NCBI RefSeq assembly: GCF_039541115.1
Contig: NZ_BAABFP010000002.1
Span: 434,001-498,000, forward strand
DNA: 64,000 nucleotides
Origin: Angustibacter luteus
Lineage (GTDB): Bacteria > Actinomycetota > Actinomycetes > Actinomycetales > Angustibacteraceae
Direction: 5' to 3'
The position numbers and the translations under genes were made by a program. The notes beneath the pieces were generated by a model, which searched no databases, was not told where the DNA came from, and was given only the letters and a program-made list of their open reading frames with translations. Position 1 is the first letter of the stretch; each line of letters opens with the position of its first letter. This document shows, in pieces, positions 19,266-28,666 of the stretch.

Positions 19266-20516
19266 ATGAGCATCCGGGTCGGGTCGGCCGAGGACGTCAC
19301 GACTGCCGTGCAGCGCTTCGCGAGCCGGCGGACGCCGTCCGGACCCCCGCGGGTGGTCGCCAGCGGCAACTTCGCCACCCCGCACCCGCTGCTGCAGGCC
19401 GTGGACGCCGCGCTGGCGTCCTACCGGCTCAACGTGCTGAACGCCCAGGCGGGACTGCCGATGCGCGCGGGCGTCGTGCACGAGACCTCGTTCGTCGGCC
19501 CCGGCGTCCGCCGGTCCGCCGCCCTGGCCTACGTCCCCAGTCGGCTGTCGCTGCTGCCGGCCCTGCTCGGTACGGCCCTGGTGCCGGACATCGTCCTGCT
19601 GCACTGCTCGAAACCGTGGCACGGCAAGGTTTCTCTCGGCATCGAGGTGAACGTGCTGCCCGCCGCGGTCGAGGCGGTCCGGCAGCGCGGAGGGCTGGTG
19701 CTGGCGCAGCTGAACGAGCGGATGCCCTACACGTTCGGGGACGGCGAGCTGTCCGACGACCTCGTGGACCTCGCCATCGAGGTGGACGAGCCCATGCCGA
19801 GTCCGCACGGCACCCGCGCCGATGCCGCCTCCCGCCGGATCGGTGAGCTGGTCGCCGAACGGGTCCCGGACGGCTCGACCCTGCAGCTCGGCATCGGCGC
19901 CATCCCGGACGCCGCGCTGGACGGCCTCGTCGACCGCACCGGGCTGCGCATCTGGTCGGAGATGATCGGCGACGGCGTCCTGCGCCTGGAGCAGGAGGGC
20001 GCGCTCGACCCCGCGGCGGAGGTCGTGGCGTCGTTCATGTTCGGCTCATCGGACCTCTACCGGTGGGTCGACCGCAACCCGCGGGTGCGGATGGCCCGCA
20101 CCGAGCGGGCCAACGACCCGGCGAGCATCAGCCAGCAGCCCCGGATGACGTCGATCAACTCCGCACTCGAGGTCGACCTGTTCGCCCAGGCCAACGCCTC
20201 GCGACGGGAAGGGTGGATCCACTCCGGCTTCGGCGGCGCCACCGACTTCCTGGTCGGGGCCCTGCACGCCCGCGACGGGCAGGCGCTCATCGCGCTGCGG
20301 TCCTGGCACCCGAAGGCCGACGTGTCGACGGTGGTGGCGTTGCTGGACGAGCCGGTGACCTCGTTCCAACCCACGGCGATCATCACCGAGCAGGGCGTGG
20401 CCGAGGTCCGCGGACACACCGAGCACGAGCAGGCGCTGGCGATCATCGAGCACGCTGCGCACCCCGACGTCCGCGACGAGCTGACCGAGGAAGCGCACCA
20501 CCTCGGACTCGTCTAG
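19266..20516 (+). CDS. Acetyl-CoA hydrolase / CoA-transferase (4-hydroxybutyrate CoA-transferase-like)
   Basis: DGSTLQLGIGAIPDA, WSEMIGDG, INSALEVDL, SGFGGATDF and ITEQG. Confidence 0.88.
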   Translation: MSIRVGSAEDVTTAVQRFASRRTPSGPPRVVASGNFATPHPLLQAVDAALASYRLNVLNAQAGLPMRAGVVHETSFVGPGVRRSAALAYVPSRLSLLPALLGTALVPDIVLLHCSKPWHGKVSLGIEVNVLPAAVEAVRQRGGLVLAQLNERMPYTFGDGELSDDLVDLAIEVDEPMPSPHGTRADAASRRIGELVAERVPDGSTLQLGIGAIPDAALDGLVDRTGLRIWSEMIGDGVLRLEQEGALDPAAEVVASFMFGSSDLYRWVDRNPRVRMARTERANDPASISQQPRMTSINSALEVDLFAQANASRREGWIHSGFGGATDFLVGALHARDGQALIALRSWHPKADVSTVVALLDEPVTSFQPTAIITEQGVAEVRGHTEHEQALAIIEHAAHPDVRDELTEEAHHLGLV

Positions 20517-20548
20517 CAGGCACGTTCCGCCCAGCGGGACGAGGGACC

Positions 20549-20562
20549 GGGACGTTGTGCCC
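20549..20562. promoter_or_regulatory. DosR/DevR-box-like site
   Basis: GGGACGTTGTGCCC, 35 bp upstream of the USP start. Confidence 0.55.
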
Positions 20563-20597
20563 TAGGAGGGCTCCCACCCAGCGGCCACGCTGGGGAC

Positions 20598-21032
20598 ATG
20601 GACGCAACCCCGGTATCGAGCCCCGTCGACCCGACGACCAGCGCGCGACGTCGGCCCGTGCCGGACGTCGTCGCCGGGCTCGTCAACGACGGGTCCGCCT
20701 ACTCCGTCGCCCGAGCGGCCGCCCGCCAGGCCGCGCACCGAGGTGGCCGCGTGCGCTTCCTGCAGGTCGCGCCCCGGAACCTCGCCGAGGAGGACCTGGA
20801 GGCGTTCGACCGGGCCACCTTCCGGTCCGCGTTGCGCGGTCTGAAGGGCCTCAACCGGGTGCCGTGCACGTTCGAGGTCGTGGTGGGTGACCCCATCGAC
20901 GTCCTGGTCGAGCGCAGCGAGGGCGCCGCACTGCTCGTGGTCGGCCGGGACCTGCCCATCCCCGAGCACGACGTCGCCCTGGGCTGCCAGCAGCGCGCGA
21001 CCTGCGACGTCCTCACCGTCTTCGGCGTCTGA
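20598..21032 (+). CDS. Universal stress protein (USP), divergent
   Basis: VVAGL..DGS..AARQAAHRGGRVRFLQV..VVGDPIDVLVERS..LLVVG..ATCDVLTV. Confidence 0.75.
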   Translation: MDATPVSSPVDPTTSARRRPVPDVVAGLVNDGSAYSVARAAARQAAHRGGRVRFLQVAPRNLAEEDLEAFDRATFRSALRGLKGLNRVPCTFEVVVGDPIDVLVERSEGAALLVVGRDLPIPEHDVALGCQQRATCDVLTVFGV

Positions 21033-22326
21033 GACGACCCGCGCCCGGTTGGAGACCGCGCGGGTAGGGGCGCTCGGGGTGGGGCAGCACCCCCTCGACC
21101 AGCCGCGGCAGCTGGGCGAGCGGCCGGCTGCTCTGCTCGTCCTTCCAGCTCTGGTGGACGCGGGCCCGGTCCTCCAGGTTGAGCCGGGCCAGGACCTGCT
21201 CGAGGGCGGCGAGGATCGAGGCGCGCAGCAGCCACGACGACGTGTTCTCCTGCGCGTCGACCATGATGAGCTCGGTCAGGATGGCCTGGGTCTCGCGGAA
21301 GGTGTCCAGGCTCTCGGCGAGGGCCTGCTCGGTCTCGTCCTCGCGTCCCTCGGCCTCGGCGACGACCAGACTGCCGAAGGCGCGCAGGCAGTCGGCGGTG
21401 TCGTGCAGGACGACGGCGAAGGCGTCCCGCAGCTCGGCCCCGTACGGGTCCTCCGGTCGCGACGACGCCGGGATCTCGGCCTCGATGACGGTGAACAGCG
21501 CGCGGATGGCCAGCAGGCACTGCTCGAGGGTGTCGAGCCCCGAGGCGAGCACCGGCTCGACATCGACGGTGCCGAGGGCACGGGTGTTGAACCGGCGGCT
21601 GTCCTTGAGCCAGGCGATGGTCTCGGTCGCGGACGCGACCTGCCGGCTGGCGGCGCGGGCACGGTCGATCCACTCCTCGACCTGGCGCCGTTGCACCGGA
21701 CCGTCGACCAGGGCGTCCGCCGCGCTGTCCAGCGGGCCCGCGGCGGCCTCGACGACCCGCAGCACCGCCCCGCGGGCGGCCCCGGTCGGCAGGGCCGGCG
21801 GGTAGACGAGGTTGAAGGTGATACCCACGGCTGCGCCGATCAGGGTGTTCAGGATCCGGGTCTCGGCCGCCACGTCGTGGTTGCTGACACCGAGGATGAG
21901 CATGGCGCTGATCGGCGCCTCCAGGGCCTGCTCGCCCAGGCGCAGCACCTTGGCCAGGACCAGCGAGGCGGCGATGGCCGCGCCCAGGCTCCACCAGGTC
22001 AACCCGACCCAGGCGGACAGCAGCGTCGCCACCAGGATCCCGGCCAGCACGGCGCCCACCCGGACGGCGCCCATCTTGATGGTCGAGAACGCGGACGCCT
22101 GGACCACCAGCAGCGCGGTCAGCGGACCGGTGAGGTCGATCGCGCCGTCCGTCACCGCCAACGAGATGAGGTAGGCGACGACGGCCGCCGACGTCAGGCG
22201 GGTGACCGTCACCATGGTCGGGCGCAGGCGCCGCGGGACGTCGCGCCAACGGTCCGGGTGCCCGGGCCAGGCCCACCGGCTCACGGCCCGCCACCGGGAC
22301 CGTTCGGCGTGCGACGCAGCGCTCAT
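21013..22326 (-). CDS. Aromatic acid exporter / FUSC family membrane protein
   Basis: GPLTALLVVQAS..RVGAVLAG..EAPISAMLIL..RILNTLIGAAVG followed by a helical C-terminal region. Confidence 0.82.
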   Translation of the reverse strand: MSAASHAERSRWRAVSRWAWPGHPDRWRDVPRRLRPTMVTVTRLTSAAVVAYLISLAVTDGAIDLTGPLTALLVVQASAFSTIKMGAVRVGAVLAGILVATLLSAWVGLTWWSLGAAIAASLVLAKVLRLGEQALEAPISAMLILGVSNHDVAAETRILNTLIGAAVGITFNLVYPPALPTGAARGAVLRVVEAAAGPLDSAADALVDGPVQRRQVEEWIDRARAASRQVASATETIAWLKDSRRFNTRALGTVDVEPVLASGLDTLEQCLLAIRALFTVIEAEIPASSRPEDPYGAELRDAFAVVLHDTADCLRAFGSLVVAEAEGREDETEQALAESLDTFRETQAILTELIMVDAQENTSSWLLRASILAALEQVLARLNLEDRARVHQSWKDEQSSRPLAQLPRLVEGVLPHPERPYPRGLQPGAGRLRRRRR

Positions 22327-22431
22327 GCTCGGCCTTCGGTCGTGCGGGAACGATGCGCCCCAGTATGGCGGCGCACACGGAGCGGCCGCCGGACCCGGAG
22401 GTCCGACGGCCACCGCCGTCCAGCTGTCTCG

Positions 22432-23001
22432 CTACTTCAGCCAGCCGTGGTCCTTGACGACCGCCAGCTCTCCCCAGGCCTTGCCGAGGCCGAAGGTGTC
22501 GCCCGCGTTGCCCAGGGCGAGGGCGACGACGACGAGCGCGTAGATGATGTGGTCGTCCAGGAAGAGGTTGTTCTCCGGGGGCAGGACCGCGGTCCACATC
22601 AGGACCAGCATCGCTGCTGCGGCCGCTGCGGTGACCCGGATGGCCACACCGGACAACAGGCCGATGGCGAGGCCGGCGAGGCCGATCATGAACAGCCAGT
22701 CGGCCCAGGCCGCGCCGGCGAAGCCGTGGTAGAAGTCCTTGAACGGGCCGGCCGCGGCGAACTTCAGGAAGCCCTCGGTGGGGTGGCCACCGTGGATCCA
22801 GGCGGCCTTGGACGCGGTCTCGTGGCCGAGGCCGAACAGCTTGTCCACGAAGGCCCACAGGAAGATCCAGCCCAGGCTGATGCGGATCGCCGCACCGACG
22901 TAGCGCAGGGCCTTCAGCCGCGGGGTCTCGGCGGCGACGAGCTCGGGGTGCACGAGGTCGCGATCCGGCATCGTGTGCCGGCTCGGGGTGGTGGCGGTCA
23001 T
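22432..23001 (-). CDS. DoxX family membrane protein (TQO large-subunit-like)
   Basis: RISLGWIFLWAFVDKLFG..WIHGGHPTEGFL..DWLFMIGL..NLFLDDHIIY; AGGGAGG RBS. Confidence 0.88.
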   Translation of the reverse strand: MTATTPSRHTMPDRDLVHPELVAAETPRLKALRYVGAAIRISLGWIFLWAFVDKLFGLGHETASKAAWIHGGHPTEGFLKFAAAGPFKDFYHGFAGAAWADWLFMIGLAGLAIGLLSGVAIRVTAAAAAAMLVLMWTAVLPPENNLFLDDHIIYALVVVALALGNAGDTFGLGKAWGELAVVKDHGWLK

Positions 23002-23093
23002 GACGTCCTCCCTGGACGGTGCACCCGATCAGGGTGCCGGTCGGTGAACCTTCTGACACAGCCCACCCTGGCGCGGCCGTCGCGCCGTGGTCA

Positions 23094-23107
23094 GGGCCAA
23101 AGGTCCT
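23094..23107. promoter_or_regulatory. DosR/DevR-box-like site
   Basis: Reverse complement AGGACCTTTGGCCC upstream of doxX. Confidence 0.5.
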
Positions 23108-23199
23108 GTGCTGCAGGCGACACAGGGGTCCTCTCGGGTCGGTCGGTCGGGTCGGCGTTCGTCCGGGCCCCTGGTGGGTCAGCGAAACTCCGACAACTC

Positions 23200-23811
23200 C
23201 TAGGGCAGGGTCAGCACCGCGGTGTCGTCGGGCACCAGGCGCACCCCGTCGCCGAGACGAACCGTCAGGTGGGGGTCGAACGGCCGCGACCCGGACGCCA
23301 CCACCTCCCCGTGGGTGCTCAGTGTCACGGTCGCCTGGCCGGTCCCGCTGGTCAGCTCGACGAGCCGGCCGTCCCGCACGACCGCCGCGAGCGCCGCGAG
23401 CGTGACCACGAGCCGCAGCTCGAACGGGATCTCGGCCAGTCGCCTCGGACCGACCATGACGTCCACCGTCGGGTGCTGGACGACGGTGAGCTCGCGCCCG
23501 GTCAGGTCGACGAGCACGCGATCGGCCGTGCCTCGGGTCGCACGGCCGGCCTCGACCAGCTCGCGGGTGCGTTGCAGCCCGACGACCAGCAGGCCACCGA
23601 GGTCGGCGCCGAGGAAGCCCCGGGCCACTTCGGCGAGCTCACTCAGCCCCGCCTCCCACAGCGCCTTGCCTGCGCGTTCCAGCGCACCGGTCGCCGGCTC
23701 GAGGGCGCCGGCCCGCTCGAGCTGCGCGACGAGGTCGTCGGCGCCGGCACCGACCACCGCCAGCAGGGGGATGCCGCTGACCGCGCCGTCGCTGATCGCG
23801 TTCTGGGTCAT
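23200..23811 (-). CDS. Conserved hypothetical protein
   Basis: GGAGG RBS, ATGA overlap with the upstream gene, GC3 bias; LGADLGGLLVVGL..QHPTVDV. Confidence 0.7.
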   Translation of the reverse strand: MTQNAISDGAVSGIPLLAVVGAGADDLVAQLERAGALEPATGALERAGKALWEAGLSELAEVARGFLGADLGGLLVVGLQRTRELVEAGRATRGTADRVLVDLTGRELTVVQHPTVDVMVGPRRLAEIPFELRLVVTLAALAAVVRDGRLVELTSGTGQATVTLSTHGEVVASGSRPFDPHLTVRLGDGVRLVPDDTAVLTLP

Positions 23812-25397
23812 CGTCGTGCCTCCAGGTCGATCGTGGACGCCGGGCTGTCGGGGTGCGGCACCAGACGCAGGTGGGGCGCGGTGAGGCCGTCGACGCTTCG
23901 GGACGACACCTCGGCGTCGAGTCCCGCATGCGGTTCGAGGTGCGGGTCCGGTCCGGGTCCTGGTGGCCGGTTGCCACGGGGACCACCCGGCCGTCGGCCG
24001 CGGAGGCCGCGCGCGAGCAGCACCGCCGCGGCGCCGGCGAGCAGCGCCAGCACGAGGAGGAGCACTCGCCCGACCGTCAGCCGGGACGTCTGGATGGTCA
24101 GGGCCGCCGTGGCCGACAGCTCGCTGGCGGCCGAACCGCAGGACTGGCAGGCGAACAGCACGTACTCGCCCGCTACGCGCGACGGCACGGTGAACCCGAT
24201 CTCGAACAGACCGTCGGCGGCGGGCTGCGCGACCGCCAGGGCGCGGGTGGCGTCCGTGCTGTCCGCCTGCGAGGCGAAGACCGACACCGGTCCGCCGTCC
24301 GGGCGCCATCCGGCCCCGGTCAGGGTCGCGGCGTCGCCGGCGCGGCCGGCGGCGGGAGCCAGGAAGATGCTCGGCTTGATCGCCGGACGCGCGGTCACGA
24401 CGAAGGTGGCGCTAGCCGATCGCTGCCGAGCCCCCTGCCCGCACCGTTGGCAGGCGACGAAGACGTGCGAGCCGCGCGTCGCGCTCGAGGGAACCGCGAG
24501 GTCCAGCCGGAAGCTGCCGCCAGCGGGGATGACCCGACCGAGCGCGCGCCCCGGATGGCTCAGGTCGGCCTTGCGGGCGAAGACCGACACCGCGCCGTCA
24601 TCGGCCGACCAGCCCGTTCCCGAGGCCGCGAACGCGTCCCCGGGCCGGCCGCTGGCGGGGGCGAGCGACAGGACGGCCGCCACCTGCCGGCGCGGGGTGA
24701 TGGTGAACGACACGGTCTGTGACGGTCTGCCCTTCGGCTGATCGCACAGCTGGCAGGCGAAGAGCCGGTAACCGCCCGGGGTGACGTCCGGGGTGGTGAA
24801 CGGCGCGGTGAACCTGCCGTCCTGCGGGGTGGCGGCGGTCAGTGCCTTGGCCGGGTCGCTCGCCTGGTCCGCGCTGAGGAAGAGCGACACCGGACCCGCT
24901 GCCGCGTCCCAGTTCTCCCCCGTCGCGACGACCGTCGTCCCCGGCCGGGCGCTCGGGCGGTCCAGCTGCAGGACGTACGTGCTCGTGACAGTGAAGTCCA
25001 CCTGGGCGGTCCGGGGGGCGCGGAAGCCGACGCAGGACTGGACGGCGGAGATCGTGGAGGGACCGGTCACCAGCTGCGGAACCTCGAACGAGCGCGAGAA
25101 CGTGCCGGCGTCCAGCGTCGTCGCGAACAACCGGGTCGGGGCGTCCAAGGTGCCCTTCACCGCGATCCCGACGCTGAGGTCACCGTTGGCGCACCAGCCC
25201 GAACCCGAGATCGTCCGTTGGTCCCCGGGGGACCCGCTGCTCTGCGAGAGGGTCAGCGACGGGCTCGTGGCGGAGGCGGTGGCCGCGACTGGGCCGAGGA
25301 CGACCAGCGCCCCGACCAGCGCCCCGACCAGGCTCACGGCGAGGGCAGTCGCGATCACCGCGGCGGACGCCGACGACCGAGCCTGCGCCCGTGTCAT
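23808..25397 (-). CDS. Exported membrane-anchored protein with four Ig/IPT-like repeats
   Basis: N-terminal signal/hydrophobic segment; four ~95-aa repeats (L..P.S.RPG..G.GW...GPVS.F...F.VP...FACQxC); C-terminal TM helix and cytoplasmic tail. Confidence 0.75.
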   Translation of the reverse strand: MTRAQARSSASAAVIATALAVSLVGALVGALVVLGPVAATASATSPSLTLSQSSGSPGDQRTISGSGWCANGDLSVGIAVKGTLDAPTRLFATTLDAGTFSRSFEVPQLVTGPSTISAVQSCVGFRAPRTAQVDFTVTSTYVLQLDRPSARPGTTVVATGENWDAAAGPVSLFLSADQASDPAKALTAATPQDGRFTAPFTTPDVTPGGYRLFACQLCDQPKGRPSQTVSFTITPRRQVAAVLSLAPASGRPGDAFAASGTGWSADDGAVSVFARKADLSHPGRALGRVIPAGGSFRLDLAVPSSATRGSHVFVACQRCGQGARQRSASATFVVTARPAIKPSIFLAPAAGRAGDAATLTGAGWRPDGGPVSVFASQADSTDATRALAVAQPAADGLFEIGFTVPSRVAGEYVLFACQSCGSAASELSATAALTIQTSRLTVGRVLLLVLALLAGAAAVLLARGLRGRRPGGPRGNRPPGPGPDPHLEPHAGLDAEVSSRSVDGLTAPHLRLVPHPDSPASTIDLEARR

Positions 25398-25534
25398 GTC
25401 ACGAGGGCGCGGCGCCGGAGAGGGTGGGCTCGTTCGTCGTCATGGACAGCTCCTCCGCCGATTCTGCTCCTCCCGACAAGACCCTCGCCGGCCGTTCCGT
25501 GATACCGGCTTCCCTCACGAACTCCGCGATAGGG

Positions 25535-25553
25535 TTAGGTTAGGCTACCCTTC
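25535..25553. promoter_or_regulatory. IdeR/DtxR iron box
   Basis: TTAGGTTAGGCTACCCTTC matches the consensus TTAGGTTAGGCTAACCTAA at 16/19 and lies directly upstream of the siderophore ABC operon. Confidence 0.88.
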
Positions 25554-25602
25554 CCTGCGCACCACGTTCTTCTCTGCCGCCCCGTCCCGAAGGGAACCGC
25601 TC

Positions 25603-26619
25603 GTGCTCGCTCGTGCCCGCCGACGCGTCCTGCTCGCCACGCTCACCGTCGCCACCCTCGCCCTGACCGCCTGCGGGTCCGCGGACGACTCCGGCTCCGA
25701 CGCCGCTGCCAGCGCCGACTCCTCGTGGTCCTACGTCTCCGCCAACGGGGACACCATCACGCTCGACCACAAGCCCAAGCGGATCATCGCCAGCGCGGCC
25801 GAAGCCGCCGGCCTGATGGCCTACGGCATCAAGCCGGTCGGCATCTACCTCGCCCAGGACCTCGAGTGGGAGCCCGGCCTGAAGGGCGTGGACCTGTCCG
25901 GCATCGAGGTCGTCGGCAAGGAGTGGGGCAAGATCGACGCCGAGAAGGCGGCCGCCCTGCAGCCCGACCTGATCGTGGCCGACTGGTGGCCGGCACAGAA
26001 GGCGTACCAGGGCTTCGAAGAGGGCGCGGACGCGGCGTCCATGAAGGTCGCCAAGCTCGCCCCCATCGTCGGCGCGAACCAGCAGGGCTCCCTGCTCGAG
26101 GTCGTGAAGTGGTACGAGGGCTTCGCGAAGAGCATGGGGGTGGACGTCGAGGGTGACCAGTACGGAAAGGCGCGCCAGAGCTTCGAGGCAGCGCAGCAGA
26201 CCTTCAAGGACACCGTGGCCGCGAAGAAGGGCCTGTCCGCCCTGGCGGTGGCGCCCGGCGACGACCTGCTGTACGTCGCGGTGCCCAAGTACTCCACGTC
26301 CCTGACGGACTTCAAGTCCTGGGGTCTGGACGTCATCGACCCGGACTCCCCCAAGGCCGACTTCCCCTACTGGGAGTACCTGTCCTGGGAGAAGTCGGAC
26401 AAGTACCAGCCGGACCTGCTGCTCATCGACGACCGCGGCTACGACAGCACCATCAAGACCGCCGAGAAGCAGCCGACCTGGGACAAGATCGCGGCCGCCA
26501 AGGCGAGGGCCTACACCCCGTGGCCGGGCTACTGGGTGCACACCTACGACGCGTACACCCAGCAGCTGCAGCAGCTGACCAAGGCCGTCCAGCAGGCCGA
26601 CCCGGACATCGCCGGGTGA
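25603..26619 (+). CDS. Iron-siderophore ABC transporter substrate-binding lipoprotein
   Basis: Lipobox LTAC, PKRIIA, GIKPVG and IDAEKAAALQPDLIV. Confidence 0.9.
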   Translation: MLARARRRVLLATLTVATLALTACGSADDSGSDAAASADSSWSYVSANGDTITLDHKPKRIIASAAEAAGLMAYGIKPVGIYLAQDLEWEPGLKGVDLSGIEVVGKEWGKIDAEKAAALQPDLIVADWWPAQKAYQGFEEGADAASMKVAKLAPIVGANQQGSLLEVVKWYEGFAKSMGVDVEGDQYGKARQSFEAAQQTFKDTVAAKKGLSALAVAPGDDLLYVAVPKYSTSLTDFKSWGLDVIDPDSPKADFPYWEYLSWEKSDKYQPDLLLIDDRGYDSTIKTAEKQPTWDKIAAAKARAYTPWPGYWVHTYDAYTQQLQQLTKAVQQADPDIAG

Positions 26620-27608
26620 GGCGCTCCCTGGGGCTGCTTGCGCTGGTCGGCCTGCTCGCGGCCGTCTGCGTGGTCAGCATCCTGCTCGGCACCCGCGGCG
26701 TGGGTCTGGAGACGATCTGGAAGGCGCTGACCGACTTCGACCCGGGCTCGACGTCCGAGACGGTCATCCGCGAGATGCGGGTACCGCGCACCCTGGTCGG
26801 CCTCAGCGCCGGGATGGCGCTGGGGCTGGCCGGCGCGATCCTGCAGGCCGCGACCCGGAACCCGTTGGCGGACCCGGGAATCCTCGGCATCAACGGCGGC
26901 GCCGCCGCGGCCATCGTGGTGGCGATCATGCTGCTCGGGCGGCAGAGCCTGACCACGAACGTCTGGTTCGGCTTCGCCGGTGCCGCGCTGGCCGTGGTCG
27001 CCGTCTACAGCGTGGCCAGCCTGGGCCGCGAGGGCGCGACGCCGGTCAAGCTGGCACTGGCCGGCGCGGCCATCAGCGCCGGCCTGTACGCCGTGACCAC
27101 CGCGATCGTGATGTCGAACGTGGACGCCTTCGAGGAGATGCGGCACTGGCAGGTGGGCTCGCTCGCCGGGCGCTACTACCCGGTGCTCTGGCAGACGCTG
27201 CCGTTCCTGGTGCTGGGGTCGGTGGCGGCCCTGCTGTCCGGGCGCGCGCTGAACGGGCTGGCGCTCGGCGACGAGGTCGCCACGTCCCTGGGGCAGAACG
27301 TGCGGCGGACCCGGCTGCTGCTGTTCGCCCTCGTCGCGATCCTGTGCGGCGCCGCGGTGGCCGCCTGCGGGCCGATCGTCTTCCTCGGGCTGGCCGTCCC
27401 ACAGCTCGCCCGTGCGGTCGTCGGCACCGACTACCGCTGGGTGCTGGCGTACTCGGCCGTCATGGCCCCCATCGTGTTCCTGGTCGCCGACGTCATCGGC
27501 CGCCTCGCCGTCAGCCCCGGCGAGCTGCAGGTCGGCGTCGTGCTCGGCGCGCTCGGCGCCCCGGTCTTCGTCCTGCTGGTCCGCTACCGGAACCTGGCCA
27601 CGCTGTGA
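26616..27608 (+). CDS. FecCD family iron ABC permease
   Basis: RVPRTL..QAATRNPLADPGILGINGGA..LALGDEVATSLG. Confidence 0.92.
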   Translation: MRRSLGLLALVGLLAAVCVVSILLGTRGVGLETIWKALTDFDPGSTSETVIREMRVPRTLVGLSAGMALGLAGAILQAATRNPLADPGILGINGGAAAAIVVAIMLLGRQSLTTNVWFGFAGAALAVVAVYSVASLGREGATPVKLALAGAAISAGLYAVTTAIVMSNVDAFEEMRHWQVGSLAGRYYPVLWQTLPFLVLGSVAALLSGRALNGLALGDEVATSLGQNVRRTRLLLFALVAILCGAAVAACGPIVFLGLAVPQLARAVVGTDYRWVLAYSAVMAPIVFLVADVIGRLAVSPGELQVGVVLGALGAPVFVLLVRYRNLATL

Positions 27609-28666
27609 GCGCCGTCGTCGAGACCGCCCGGTCGGCCCAGCCCGCCGAGCCGGGCCAGGACCGCGTCACGGACCCCCGCCGGCGGCGCCGGCGGCTCGTC
27701 ACCGTCGGCGCGGGGCTGTGCGCGCTCGCCCTGTTCGTGCTGACCCTGGGCGTCGGGTCGACGTACGTGGCCCCCTGGGACGTGCTGGCCTCCGTGCTGC
27801 ACCTGCGCGACATCCCGCTGGTGGACTTCGTGGTGCGCGAGCTGCGGCTGCCTGCCGCGGTCACCGGGCTCGCCGTCGGGTTCGCGCTCGGTCTGTCCGG
27901 GCCGCTGTTCCAGCGGATGCTGGCGAACCCGCTCGCTGCACCGGACGTCGTCGGCATCTCGTCCGGCGCCGGTCTGTTCGCGGCCGGCGCGATGATCGTG
28001 TTCCACGCCTCCGGGCTCTTCGTGTCCGGCGCCGCGCTGGTCGGCGCCGCCCTCAGCACCGCCCTCGTCTACCTGCTGGCCTGGCGCGACGGCATCCAGG
28101 GCTTCCGGTTCATCCTGATCGGCATCGGCATCGCCGCGTTCATGGAGTCGCTGATCGGCTACATCCTGGCCCGGGCGACGATCTGGGACGCCCGAGCCGC
28201 GATGACCTGGCTGATCGGCTCGGTCGGCCAGGCCGGACCGACCGAGCTGCGGACGCTGGTCGTGGTGCTGCTGGTCGTGACGCCGTTCGCGCTGCTCCTC
28301 GACCGCCAGCTCGGCGCGCTCGAGCTCGGGGACGACGCCGCGACCGCGCTGGGCAACCGGGTCGAGCCGTCCCGGCTGGCCATCGTGCTGGTGGTCGTCG
28401 TCCTGGTCGGCTGCGCGACCGCCGCGGCCGGGCCGATCGGCTTCGTCGCCCTGATGGCCGGACCCATCGTGGCCCGGCTGTCCGGGTCGTCCGGCAGCCT
28501 GCTGGCCAGCGGCTTCGTCGGGTCGGGCATCGTCCTGGGCGCGGACCTCGTGGCCCTGCACGTGATGCCCAAGCCGGTCGCCACCGGCGTGGTCACCGGG
28601 GTCGTCGGTGCGGTGTTCCTGCTGTGGCTGCTCATCGGTGTGAACCGGGAAGGACGAGGCGGATGA
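27605..28666 (+). CDS. FecCD family iron ABC permease
   Basis: ELRLP..FQRMLANPLAAPDVVGISSGA..LELGDDAATALG..GPIGFVAL. Confidence 0.92.
   Translation: MSAVVETARSAQPAEPGQDRVTDPRRRRRRLVTVGAGLCALALFVLTLGVGSTYVAPWDVLASVLHLRDIPLVDFVVRELRLPAAVTGLAVGFALGLSGPLFQRMLANPLAAPDVVGISSGAGLFAAGAMIVFHASGLFVSGAALVGAALSTALVYLLAWRDGIQGFRFILIGIGIAAFMESLIGYILARATIWDARAAMTWLIGSVGQAGPTELRTLVVVLLVVTPFALLLDRQLGALELGDDAATALGNRVEPSRLAIVLVVVVLVGCATAAAGPIGFVALMAGPIVARLSGSSGSLLASGFVGSGIVLGADLVALHVMPKPVATGVVTGVVGAVFLLWLLIGVNREGRGG

Noticed and set aside
20887..24741. 1284-aa plus-strand ORF
   Set aside because: Lies antisense to four recognisable minus-strand genes; low-complexity translation typical of stop-poor high-GC DNA.
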